From the NCBI RefSeq assembly GCF_000315625.1, contig NW_005434671.1, forward strand, positions 1 to 64,000: DNA of 64,000 bases, written 5' to 3'. This stretch comes from Guillardia theta CCMP2712 (Eukaryota; Protista; Cryptophyta). The first letter of the stretch is position 1, and every line of letters begins with the position of its first letter. The translations under genes were made by a program, and so were the position numbers. A model generated the notes under the pieces. The model was not told the DNA's origin. It was given only the letters and a program-made list of their open reading frames with translations, and ran no database searches. Shown piece after piece: positions 35,480 to 48,470 of this stretch.

Positions 35480-36639
35480 CTACGACATAGAATCGCCAAG
35501 AGAGGATCTGAAAGAAGAGGGACAGCACAAACCACCAGCGATGACCCCCATGCGCCCACATGACTAGCTGGTACGAATTCAAGTCAGTTCCCCCTGGTCC
35601 CGTGACCGAAGTTTGCGTCGCTTACCACAGCCAAGTCAAGGAAGAGGTCCAGCCCTGCAACACTCTTACATCCTTGGGCCCTCAGCGGGCATAGAGTACC
35701 TGGCATTAACGAGAAGAACGCCAGGAGAGGGCGGAAACAAGCGAATCTATAGCGATAAACGATGAGGCATATGACAATGATAGTGCTTTCAAGAACCTTG
35801 CTCGAATACAACTGTATCGAACCCTCTTGTGCTTCATCTTGAGCTCCGTGAGCGACTTGGTGAGGTCTCCTGAGATGGAGTCCACATCACTCCTATTCTC
35901 AAGGACAGCTCCTGCAGCCGACAGTCATGCGAGTTTCGAGTTGCCCTCCTCACTCACGCGTCCTGAACAGCATCGACATAAAGATAATGGTGCCCAGTAG
36001 AGCGTCAAACCCTAGTAGTGCCCATCCTATTTTACACCTACATACCATGGGTCAGATGCCTCCAGCTCAAGCTCCAGTAGGAGCATGCTCGGACCTCAGA
36101 CGCGTCTCTTGCCCAAGCTGCCAGATTTGCTTCAGGAACAGATAGAATCTGTTGGTGCCTTGATAGTGGCTGATCTCAGGGAAGAAAGACTTGGTGTAGT
36201 TGTAGTTGGTGGCGTTGGTTTCCCATATCAGAATGCAGTCAACACGTGCTGCAGCCGAGTGAATGAATCATCGACGAGCTCACATACTCTCACCGTCGGC
36301 AACTGGATCGCGGAATGAAATGAATGAAAAGACGATGACAGACAGGATGGTGGACACGGTGCCTGCATGGCGTCAGTGAACGAAGCAAGCAGACGGCATG
36401 ACTGACAGCAAGAGGTCAAGAAAGCGATCCAGGTGTCATCCTTCCAGTCAATCTCCAACTTGTGGATTTCATACTGTTTGGCGATGTCTTCTTTTCTCAT
36501 CGCTCCTGATACTTCTGTCGAGCTCTTCTCAGCTCTCCCTTGCAATCTCAGGTCAAGACAAGTCCAGCAGGCCGGCTGAGAGTCTCCTGCTCGAGCTCTT
36601 GCTCGGCAATGCCTCCAGGTGATCGATCGCATCGACCAT
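35480..36639 (-). CDS. Multi-exon hypothetical membrane protein
   Basis: Spliceable segments IGWALLGFDALLGTIIFMSMLF and STIIVICLIVYRYRFACFRPLLAFFSLM. Confidence 0.45.
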
Positions 36640-36834
36640 CGTCGAACAACGCCTGGCAACTAGTCATACTCGGACTGATCTGCCGTTGTGACAATAGGTC
36701 ATTCTTTTTAAGTTTTTTTAGGTTTAGGAGATGTCACCGCATGGCTGAGGCAGGTGGCGGAGGCAGGTGGCGGGAGGAAGGGAGGGGGTTAGAGGGTAGG
36801 GAGGAGGAGGCGAAGTGAAGCAAGTCGAGGAGTG

Positions 36835-39157
36835 ATGGCGCCAGTGGAGGCTCAGGACGGCTTGCGAGTGGTGGGATACAATCTTCCTCCTCGCATCGGG
36901 TACAAAGTCAAGCTGACGAAACAAGGTCTTGCCAGTCATCCTGCTTAGTGCATGCTCATGATTGTGTTGACAGGCGAACAGTCGTTTGACGAAGTTTACC
37001 ACAAGATCTCAGGAGGGCGCGAAGGAACGATCACTGATGTCAGAGAAGACGGTCAGATCTGTACAGTTCGATGGGCCCCCGGTGAGGACGAGCATCAATA
37101 CCGTACAGGTTCCTGGCCCCTTACCCTCGAGTGCGTCTCTGAAACCTCTGGCAGGAAAATTCGGGAGATTCGAGCTCTACTGTGCAGCAGACATGGAGCA
37201 AAGGATGAGCAACCCATTTGAAAGGGATCTGCTGAAAACTGAAAACCTCCCCATTCAAGATTCAAATGTGGAACCAAGTCTTGAAAGCCTTTTTGGCAAG
37301 GAGAAATCCTTTGAGCCAGGCCAACAAGAGGATGGTAAGAGAAATGAAGCTTCTCTCAGTCTTCTTCCATCGAGGATCTCAGAATCCTTGGCTCCACCGG
37401 CCTCGCTCAATTCGAAAGCCGAAGACGCGAACAGACCTTCTAGCAACGCGCTGTTGCCAACCTTCAGCGATGCTGCTGTGACGCAAGGAAGCAGTGCAAG
37501 AACTCGCTACAAGAACCCGCTCAACAAGTCCTCCCTGGCGCAGAGCGAGACCATCTCCTTGTCTGGCAGCATCTCCAACGGAGGGATCAAGAAGGAAGAA
37601 GCCCTGGTAGCTGGTAGACCGCCAGTGAAGAAGTTGACAATCGTAGACAGTCCAGAAGTATGCAGGCCTGCAGATCAGTCCAGCAAGGGTTCACCTGATG
37701 TGAAGTCACCCGAGCTCGAGCTGGCAGCTGAGAAACCGAAACCTCAGTCTCTCGTGTCCATGGTTGTCAAGAATCCGTTGCGACAAGGGCTGGAGTGGGC
37801 AGAGAGCAAAAAAGTGACAGAGGACCAGGAGCATCAGCAGTCTCAGACTGATCCTTCGCTCATGACAATCCTGGTCAAGAGGCCGCTGAGAATGGGCCTT
37901 GAGCTGGCAGATACGATGACTGAGCAGGCCCAACAAGACCAACGGACAAGTCCCTCCCTGATCTCCCGCGTCATCAAGCAGCCCATTCGAAACTCTGGTC
38001 TCGTCATGCCCGAAGAAACCTCGAACGGGAATCAAGAGCCTTCGCTTCTCACTGTCGTCATCAAACGCCCACTGCAGCAGTTTGTCTGGGGTCCTTCTGG
38101 CAGCCTTGAAACCGGAAAAGACAGCAAGGAGGACTCAATTGTGACTGAGATAATGACGGGCGTCGAGCAAGATGACGAGCACTGGAACTTTGGGGTTCCG
38201 AAGCAGAACACCGAGATCGAATCATCGACAGACAATGATAGCCAAGATGCCGCTCTTGCCCATGCCGGTGAAGGTCAAAGGATTGAGGGAACAACGGACA
38301 TGAATGAAGATGGTCTACAAAAGATTGATGAGGACATGGAGTATGACCCAGACACCATGATGCCTGTCAGGAAGGGACCTCTCGGTCAGGATGAGGAAGA
38401 GGAAGAGATGGAACTTGACCCTGATACCTTGATGCCCATCCCCAAGAAGAAAGTACAGCAGCTGCAGGCCGCCAAACTTCCAAATTTTTCTTCGTTCCGT
38501 GCAAGAAAGCTGATTGGAGCCAACACCAAGCCTCCGACAGCGAAGGTAAGTGCTCCCTCTCCTGCTCTCTTTTCAAGACTCTTGCAGCTTATCACTGCTT
38601 CTGTCAACGGGGAAGTCGACGACATGGAGACCCTTGACGACACCGCAAGCGTGTTCTCGTCCTCAACCAGAGTGTCTGAAGCCGCCCTCAGAGCACAGGT
38701 GGTATGCCAGCTGTACTCCTCCCGCCTGACGTCCACCAGATTTACGCTACGATCCCAAGGAATGACGAGCTGCCGTCTGAGTTGACCCAAACCTTCGAGA
38801 ATGTCAGGAAGCTCAACTCGGTAAGAGTTTCCTTTTCCACCACCACCACCACCACCACCGCCGCCACGATACACTGCACCTACCAGTCACCACCTCCTCT
38901 TCCTCCTTGATCTCCTCCGCCTCTCCTCCCTGCTTATCCTCTGGCTCTGACTTCCGTATCAGTCCACATACTCACCGGGTAACAAGCTCATGGGAGGTCT
39001 GGACTCCTTCGAAGGGCATCTACGCGCCAGCACTGTCAGGAGGTCAGCAGCTGTCAAGCCAGCGAAGGCGAAGGACCCGAAGGATACTGATCACGTTGAG
39101 GAGATCGTTGAAGGGGTTTCGAAATTCTTCAACTCTCACAGGAACACTGAATGGTAG
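36835..39157 (+). CDS. Hypothetical protein with N-terminal MIB/HERC2-like domain and internal repeats
   Basis: Spliced N-terminus reads PRIGYKVKLTKQG..ISGGREGTITDVREDGQICTVRW..EHQYRTGKFGRFEL, followed by a long exon (ORF 36986-38785). Confidence 0.65.
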
Positions 39158-39752
39158 TCACCACTTGTAGCTCAACTCATGTACATTAAAAATGTGACCG
39201 TCAGTCTACCGTGACTACTCCCTTTCCCAGCTGTCCTCGTACTGATTTCTAACTTAACTTTGAGTAAAAGGGTCCTGATTGTCCTCGTTCTGATTCAAAG
39301 TTTAACTTAACTTTGAGCAAAGAAAGGACCTCAGTCGAAGGCCCGGGCCCGAACTAGCCTGTTCTCCGATTCGGAGCCCTCGGAGGCCCGGACTGACCTG
39401 TTTACTCAAAGTTAAGTGCCACGGATCATGGCGGGCTGCTGTGGATGGGCGCATCGTCGATGGCGAATGACGGCCACAGCGAGCATGAAGTAAGAGAGAC
39501 ATGAGAGACAGTTCATGTAGTATGAAGCTGCTGCTCAAGTGTCATGACGCTGTGTGAGAGGAAGGACGCTGCTTGCTGTTTCTGAACTCTTCAACTGTTC
39601 TTCTCACTCGCCCCAAACCTGTCACGATGACAGCAGTATCGACGTGTCTTGTTGATATTGGCCTTGTCGTTCACATGACATCTTGGAATGTTTTTTCTGA
39701 CACGTTCAAGACGTTCGAAGCTTGAGAGGTCTATATTGAACGCTGCGATCTG

Positions 39753-42700
39753 ATGGATATCAAGATTCCCAGTCCCTTCCTCACTCTCACCATGTTGCTC
39801 TTGCATTGCTACAAGGCAAACGAAAGAGAGGGTCCCTTCCAGCTCTATCAATCCTGTATGAGATTGAGATCGCTCCGAGGTCTTTTTCTGCGTGGAGGGT
39901 TTGAAGGACGTTGGCTGGAGGAGTGTATGGAAGATAGGATCTGTCCTGAGGAGCGAGAGCCTCTACATGACAGGTTCAGGATGGGAGGGGGGATCGCTGA
40001 GTGCGCTCGAGTTCTGGACCTGCTCGAGCCTCTGTGGCAGAGAAACAAGTCCTTCACACAGACGAATCAAACGTTGTTCAGGCCGATGCTGCGAGGCGAT
40101 TGGAAGGGAAAACCGCTAGCCCTTGCAGACGGACTTGAGATGTACACTCGGTCTGGGGCAGCGAAGAGGTACAACTACTTTGTTAGCGGGAGAGTTCCGT
40201 TCCGACAAGCCACGGCCTACAGGCTGAATGCGATGGGAGAGCTGACAACGGTCAACATGACGGAGGTTGAAGAGCTGGATGCAATGTATGGAAGCGGAGG
40301 AAAACCGGGATGGCTGGGTTGGGGGGCAGTTTCTATTGAAAAGCTGGCCAGATGGTTGCGAAGGCGGGAGGAGTTGGATGAAGATGTGGAGAGAGAGAAG
40401 AATGACTTTGAGAGACGAGGTTGGCTCCCCATCCTGTCGAAGCCCGACGAGATCCCTGGAGCCGAAGAAGCCTTTCTGGAGAAGTACAAACTTGTGCTGA
40501 ATGAGATGGCAAAGAAGAATGTCTCAGGCCTTGCTAACTCGTCGAGCATTCTCTTCGGAACCTCTTTCAATACTGCAAAACAGGTTGGCAGGAAGGTGAG
40601 GTCTTCCTGGACGGCAGACGAAGACCGTATTTTGATCGACCTTCACTCTCAATACGGAAATGAATGGAAGAAAATCTCTGCCAAATTTCCGGATAGGTCT
40701 TACAACGCCGTCAAGAATCGATGGGAGAAGCTAGTGAAGAGAGATCCCTCGCTTATTGCAGACGCAAGATTCTTGAAGATTCTTCCTCCTGGTGCTGATG
40801 AGGAAACTAAGCAGCGAGGTCAAGAACAAGGTCTGGTTGATATGCCGAGCAATCTTACAGGTTGGAAAGAGAACCAAAGAAGGAATGCAACGATTGTCAA
40901 CTTCTCTTCTATCCGCATCCCGGACTTGAACATGGAAGCAGATAGGATCTCAATACAAAAGCAGCAGCTTAAAGAGAAGGTTACGCAGATCGTGCGGTCA
41001 AGCAACTTGAAGTTTGACCCGAGGGAGTACAACCGTTCTGAACTCACGCAAACAGACATGCTGAAAGCCATTCTCATCAATCACGAGCAGAAGTTGCTCA
41101 ACATCTCGCAGAGAGAGATGGACCGGCTCAACCTCGTGCCCGACGAGCAAATCAAGAAGCTCAAGCAACAGCTAGAAGAGCTCAACGTGGACACCCAGGG
41201 CAGTGACAATTTGTTACGTGAGGTGCTAGCGGAATCAGAGTATGCAGATGATCCGTTGCATGCAGCTCTCAACAGAATCTACCACAAGTTCATCACCGTA
41301 GCTGACAACCTTGAAATGCTCAGGGAAGAGGAACGACACCAGAGGAATGTCGCAGCATTCGAAGCCCTCGAGAACGCGGTCGTGGAGAGACAGCTGCGAA
41401 ATGTCTCGCTGGTCCTCTTTAAGAAGGTGAACGGCCATCTCGTCCCTGACGAGCTTGACCCGTTCAACTGGACGTCCAACCGCAAGCGCTTCCTCGTCGA
41501 CGTCGATCCTCGTGTCGAACAGGGCGTGCCGACTGAGTACGACAGGAAGGAAGTCTGGATCGATTACGAAGAGTCGAAGCGGGAAGCTGCCGGGCTGAAG
41601 CCGAGATGGTATCGACTGAGAGAGCATGTAGCCGAGCAAGAGGCTGCTGTGAACGCGTCGCAGCGAGGAAGTCTGGAGCAGGTGATGAGGCAGTACGTGG
41701 AAAGGCAGGAGACGGAAGAGGAGGTACGTGAAGTTGAGCGAGCGATTTTCTCCGACAAGAACTACGAGGAGCTGCTACGCAAGGAAGGGATCGCCGTACC
41801 CCCCGAGTACAGGAGGAGGACGTTCACTCAAGGAGGTCCGAACCCCAACGCCAAGGACGGGTGGCAATACGGAGACTGTCACTACCCCTACAACCCTTCT
41901 CCCTTCGAGCACTGTGTCGATGCGCGATACCTCGACCGGTCAGAGCTCGTCAAGGCAAAGGAGCATGTGAAGAATGTCTTGACAACAAAGCGGCCCAAGA
42001 GTATGACAACAAACCATTCGATGCCATGGCGGCAGCAGCCGTTCTTCAGGCGCATGCTAAGGCTTGCGCAAGGCAGTAACTCCAGCTCCGCCAATCCTAA
42101 CCCCGGACCAGAGAGTTTTAAACAAGTCAAGAAGGTGAAATTTGGGACAGGCAGCGAATCTTTCATGAAAGAGAAAGAAAACTTTGTCAGAAAGTTCTCG
42201 ACCGTATCAGGGCAACACAACAGACGGAGCCGGCCGGCACCCCAAACGCTGAAATCTAACGAAGCAGATAACGATCGACGAGCGTTGAGACTGCTTGCTG
42301 ATGGTCTGCGAAGGTCATGGGACACAGAGAAAGACTTGGGTGCTCACAAGGAAGACAAGAATGTGAGCTATGGGGATGACAATAAGCAAAATGTTGGTGC
42401 AGAACAGGAGAGAGATGAGGAACAAGATATCGAGATGGCAGACGGGTCTGTTTGTTTCACGATTTGTTGCACTCTTACACTCAATGCAGGCCAAACGTGA
42501 CAGTTGTCAAGCCTTTTAATTTGTTTGTTTCCTCCTGCCCTCCTCACTGTTCTCATTTGGTTTGCAGGACCAGAGCTGAAAGGATCTACTACATGGACTC
42601 CGACGAGCACGAAAGATCGTCTTGTACGTCAATCAGTGAAGTCAGTAAGTGCCTTGTCGCTCCATCCCTTGACTGTTTCAGCAGCAAGCCATGCTGGACA

Positions 42701-43804
42701 TCGAGCCTCACTTGAGAAAGTTCCACCTCGACTTCAAAGAATTCTTTGAAGGAAAAGGAGGAGGAGGAGCGACCATGCTTGCCAACGTGGCTGAGCACTC
42801 GGTCAGCCGCATGCCTTCCTGTCTAGGTCCTCACCCTCCTCTTCCTCAGGCTACACTGTTTTGGCTGCATGACGGAGGAGAGCAGGGAAGGTGGAAATGA
42901 CGGAGGGCAAGGGCAAACCAACTGACAGCTTTTCTCAGGCAATGGCTGACCATAATGCACAAGATCGCGCTGGAGTGGCTCAAGTTTGTCTTTCCCAACG
43001 CTCCCGCCATGAGAGGTCACCAGTGGTTCGAGATGTCGCCCGACGCCGCTCCTTTCAACGGCTCCAAGAATCAGAGCTACGAGAGCAGCACCTTCTTCGT
43101 TGAGGACAAGGAGAGTCTACAGAGGAGCGTTGACTACCTCCTACGGGCTGTCGACCTCGAGATCAGAAATGGCATCGAGCCTAGCCGGGTGAACGTTCTG
43201 CCCCTCTTGTTTCACTCATGACTATTCCCGCAGATTTTCTTGGCAGGCTTCGGGCAGGGAGGAGCTCTAGCCTTGGCCGCGGCAGTCCAGAGCGAGCACA
43301 AGCTGGGAGCTGTCTTTGCGCTGAGCACCTGGTTTCCGAGGGCCTGTCGCTTCTTGGCGAGGAACGAGACCAAGTTCCCCAACGTGCGTGAGGGATCAAG
43401 TGGAAGGGGGGGAGATGACAAGCTGCCATAGGTACCGATTCACATCCTTCATGGCGAGGAAGACCCCGAGCTGCCTCCGGTCTTCGTCAACTACACGGCA
43501 ACTGAGCTCTATGGTACCGCCCCGTCCTTGTTTCCTCTTCCTCGGTGACGAGATAGCAGCCTGCGGGTTCCGAGACATCAACATCGACATGTACCTGGAG
43601 CTAGGGCATCTCTGCCATGCCACAGAAGTGAGTCTTGGCTCAGCCGAGCTCGCATCCAGCAGCCCCTGACCAGCGAGCCCAGGTGGAGCATATCAGAAAT
43701 GTCATCCTCCAGCAGGCACCAAAGCCGAAAGGATCAAAGTATGAGTACATCCCCCCCGACCAGTTCCTCGACTACTCTCAGTCGTCTCGCTCTACGGGTG
43801 AGTA
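39753..43804 (+). CDS. Large protein: leader peptide, Myb/SANT domain, coiled coil, C-terminal acyl-protein-thioesterase-like domain lacking the catalytic Ser
   Basis: WTADEDRILIDLHSQYGNEWKKISAKFPDRSYNAVKNRW; TLFWLHDGG; KFVFPNAP; IFLAGFGQGGALAL; ILHGEEDP; LGH. Confidence 0.75.
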
Positions 43805-44377
43805 GGTTGCCGCATAAGGAGGGAGGAGGAGACGAGAGGAGGGAGGAGAAGGAGAGAGGAGGGAGGAGGAGGAGGAGGGAGGAGAGGAAGGAGGAAGGAG
43901 GAAGGAGGAGAGGGGACCAAGAGAAGGAAGGCTAGAGAGGGAGATTAATGGACAGTATCGAGAGCGACAGGGAAGGGAAAGGCAGCTCGGAAGGCAGGGG
44001 CAGAGGGAGTGAGAGAAATCGATTAGACTGATTGACGAGTTACAGGACGGAGCCTAAAGGAGCGGAGATCAGCTCCGCTTGCCCCCATACAGTTCAATCT
44101 GAGCAGCGCTCCCAAGATCCCTCAACTTCCGGCTCAAGGTAGCTTCATGCATGCGCTGCCCTTGTTGACGGTTGGGCCAAGGTTCCAGAAGGAAGTTATC
44201 ATCCTCCGAATCTGAGAACGATCTTGTGCTGGACGACGAGAACGAGGAGGACGAGCAGGGAGATCAAAATGAGGATGACGACGAGGACGAGGATGACGAC
44301 GAGGACGAGGATGAAGAATATGAGGAAGAAGACTGAAGTCAGACATCGACCTTACCATCGGCAACCTGTACTTTGTG

Positions 44378-45559
44378 CTAGAGCGTGATTCCGCCATCTA
44401 TCTCCACTACTCGACCTGTAAAATAGTTGCATTCTAAGATGAATTTCAGACCCTGCCAAACTTCGTCTTCCTGCTCTCGTCATCAGTGCGGCACATTCAA
44501 TGTCCTTTTGACCTCACCTGACCCAGTCGTCCTAGCGGGACTTTTGCTATGAGCTCGTCAAGTAAATTCTTCGGAACGGAATCCAATATTTGAGTCTACG
44601 ATATCATCAGAGATGTTTTCAAGAGCAAGACATTCAGATCACATGTACAACTCCAGGTGCAATGGCTCCCACCCTGATGTTGTGTTTCGCCAGCTCCTTT
44701 GCCCACACGACGGTGTCAGCTGCCTGCCATCCGCGTCATGCCATCGCCGAGCAGCCTCAAGTTCACCAGCCCAGCCTTTGCCGCGCTGTAGTTGCTCTGA
44801 AAGACATACCCTGCGCCCAGAGCTCAACCGCCTTGAGAGTTGCATCGTTGCGCTACCGTTACGGGCGGAGGAGCTTATGTTCACGATGACGCCTTCCTGG
44901 CCCGAGCCGATCATCCGAGAAGCAAACTCCCGAGCACACAGAAAAGGAGCCTGAAGAACGTCACCCGCGACCCTCCTCGTGCAAGGCTTCACAGTCAGGT
45001 TGATCGAGATGACAGCATCCCACTCCTCCTTGGACATCCCATGCATCCCCTTACCGCTGGACTGCCGGGAGACGGTGAGTCAAATCAGCCATCATGTGTC
45101 AAGTCGGCACCTTGTCTCGCTTCACCAGGGCCTTGTCGCGAAGGATCCCCGCATTGTTGACCAAGACCTTGTCAGCAGAGTCAGGCAAACACCTTATACG
45201 ACTGTGCTCAGATCACGTTGCTTCCCGCCATGCTCTTCTCCGCCGCTTCGAATATAGACCTGACGCTGTCTTCCTTTGAGATCTGGCAGTAGAATCAATC
45301 TGAACAAGATAGTCGATCGAGATCGGCATTACATCTGCAGTCTGGACATGAAACTTTGAGCTCTTCAATCCCTCTTTGAGTTGTTCTAATCTCGCAGAGT
45401 TGACGTCAACCGCAAGCACACTTGCTCCATTCTCGAGCAATCTCCTGTGCATAAAAAAGTGACACTCTGATGTTGAATGCCTTAACTTTACCTGCAGAAC
45501 GTGCTTCCTAGCCCTCCTGCTGCGCCAGTCACGATGGCTCGAACATTGGGAAGAAGCAT
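44378..45559 (-). CDS. Short-chain dehydrogenase/reductase, FabG-like, many exons
   Basis: AIVTGAAGGLG; NNAGILRD; IVNISS; NYSAAK; IRVGAIAPG; IDGG. Confidence 0.9.
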
Positions 45560-47990
45560 ACGGCCTAATAGAGATGATCGCTCAATGTATCAAGAGCAAA
45601 ACAATGACAATTTGAATCATTGACCCAACTTACTACACTCAAATTCAACTACCAACTCATCACTCATCTCTACCCTCTCTATTGGCTTGCAATCATGTTG
45701 GCTGTCGGCTCCTTTGTGACATGCTCATGTTCCGCTACTTCTTCGCAAACGCCATGGCTCCATCATCGTTTTCGTCTCTTCTCTCTCTCCTGCATGGCAG
45801 GCCTGCAACAAACTCTGCAACAAACTCCCGGAGGCTCTTGCGGGCCCGGGCCCGGGCACTCTGAACTCCGGTCCCCGGCCGCCCTCGCGGGCCCGGGCCC
45901 GGGCGACTCCGGCACGGTCGGAGTCAAACCATTTACTCAAAGTGAACGGTTAACTGAAATCAGTACGAGGACGTTTACTCAAAGTGAGAAGGGTAATAAT
46001 CCATTCTTAAACAGATAGAACTTCTTGACCAAATTTGATTGATGCAAGAAAGCGGCTTGGATTTACGAATGACCTCGGCTACAGATTTCAACATTTCTTC
46101 AGGGTTGGGAGTTGGGTATCGTTGGTTGCTGTTAACTTGCCCATGGCGTTGAGTTTCCTCAAGTCTGTGCAAAGACGATACTATGATAGCTGGATGGATC
46201 TGTTGCCCATAGGGGGCTTATGGGCACTGCCGCACCGCAGACCTTAGACCTTAGGATTAGCTCCTGGTACAAATGTTTTAGTCAAAGGGAGGGCTAATCC
46301 CCTGCTAAGGTCGCCCAGGGGATTAGCAATCATGTAACGTGCGACTCGGAGGCCTCCAGACAAATGATAGAGGCAGCAGGTTGACACTTGCACCCAGCAT
46401 ATCAAGTTGACATACACTGACGTTCCTCGGCTTTCTGGCGTGATGACACGTGTAGATCCAGGGCGTTGCCAAGTCAAGCCGTTTCTGGGGCTTTTGCGAG
46501 ACATGAAACCTCCTGGACTTTCAACAGAGAGGCGATGACGAAGAGGAGAACAGCAAGGAGAGAAGACAAAAGCAAAGGAGGGACACAAAGAATACACACA
46601 GTACAAGACGAAATAGCAGAGCCAGGCATGGACACAGAAAATCACACGAACCATCCCGTGCATGTTTCCTGTCTACATCCTTGGGCCCTCAACCATGCGA
46701 GCGTGATCTTGCTGCCCTGCTCGATCGCCCCGGAGCCTGCCGCCTTGCTCCTGGCGGCCATGACGCTCCCCAGCAGAAGTGCTGGCGTTGCTTCAGCCTT
46801 CCTTGCCGTGTTCCCGATGTCGTCTTGGATTGCACTCGTGGAGGATCCAGGCAAGGGGGCTTCACTTGACGGACCATGCAGAGACGTGGGCGATCTTGAC
46901 GGTAGAGCGGGGGGCGGGGAGGGGGGACATGCTTGCGCGAGCGAGGGAAGGGGAGGGAAGGTAGCGAGGAGGGAGGGGAGGGAGTCTGTAAGTAAGAGGG
47001 GGGCGGAAAGCTTCATATCTGATGGGGAGCAGTTACGGAGGTCTGGATGTTAGGAGACACAGTCGGAGGCCCGTCACTTCAGGCCCGGGCCTGGGAGTCA
47101 GCACCAGCCTGACCGAGGCTGCGCGAACTGACTTTGAGAGTCAGAAACGTTTGAAGCCTTGTGTCAAGTTGAGGCTGGGCAAGGCTTCAAGTTGATTTGA
47201 CATGAGCAGCAAGGCTTCAAGTTGACTGGCCGCTGTCTGACGGAGACCGCAAGTCTTCACGGTGCTGCCAAGTTGCCCTCGGCCCCGCCAGCTCTTCATT
47301 GTTTTCCCCACTGGAGTTTGCCTCCTTCAAGCGTCAGCTTCCATATCAGAGGGGCGGGGAAAGTTTCACACCTCAAGCAGGGGGTAGTCTATCTGCTTGT
47401 TACATACCCCTCCTTCAAGCGGACGAGCAGGATCTGGCCCTCCCTCCCCTACTGGCTTCCTTCCTGAGGGTGCATCAGGCCCTGGTTGGTCGTGGAGTGC
47501 TGCAACATATCCCCTCGGTGACCTGATGACGCACATCTAACGTCTGAGCAACGAGATCCATCGCCTGCTCTCTTTCAACTCGCGGGCGGACCTCCTTTTC
47601 TTCCCCACCAGCATTCAGTCACAGGACGGTTGATGCAGACTTCCCCGCCTCATCTTGAGGAGCGGCGCACTTATCTCAGGTTAAGGCAGCTCTCCTCCGG
47701 GCTCATGGCAGCTACACTGTGGAGCTCTATCCCCCCGAGTCAAGGAGTCAGTCTTCTTGCCCGTTCCCCCTGGAGCCCCTCCTCCGGAAGACTCAGAACC
47801 CTCAGCGGCGCTTGCAATACTCTCTGATGCAGGCCGCCAACGTTCACCCTTCCAACAGGTGCCCCATCCACTTCGCACGAGGGGTCGACCGCTTCCTCCA
47901 TGGGCTGCCCCCGGCCAGCCTGCCTCCCACCTGTGATCGCTGTGCTGCAGCTTTAGACCCATCAGCACCACCGCGCACGAGCAGTGTACT

Positions 47991-48470
47991 GTGGTTCTTT
48001 GCGACATCTGCGCTGGCATCGTCACGAAGCTTCACCATGAGGGTGCAGTCAAAGATCTGATCCTGAAAGCATCACAAACGTTCTACGAGTTCCCGAAATC
48101 GTATGGAGCGATGAAGGATATGGTGATCACTTACAACACATACTGCAAGCCCAAGGCTCGAAACTTTCCGTGCATGGATGCCTTGTCCTTATCGAAGAGC
48201 GGGGTACTGTACATGTTCCAGATGACAGGGGCGGGGAAGCATCCGATCAAGCTTGAACCTCTTTATCAAATCTTGAAGGCCTTGCGAGTCAAGAACACGA
48301 TTGAAAGCGTATGCTTTGTGTTTGTTCTACCTGAACACCTGGAACGAAAGCGCTCCAGGAGACGAGCTCAAAGCTTCAAGTTTGAGGGGTCAATACCAAA
48401 GGAGTTGGCAGAGTACAATCTGACGCAGTATTCGATGGTCCTGTCGAAGAGAGTCGCAATAAAAGTTTAA
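47991..48470 (+). pseudogene. Crinkler/RHS-type restriction-endonuclease-fold C-terminal domain, apparently 5'-truncated
   Basis: YCKPKARNFPCMDAL..LYMFQMTGAGKHPIK..FVFVLP..Q..QYSMVL pattern. The usual upstream NTPase is not seen. Confidence 0.6.
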
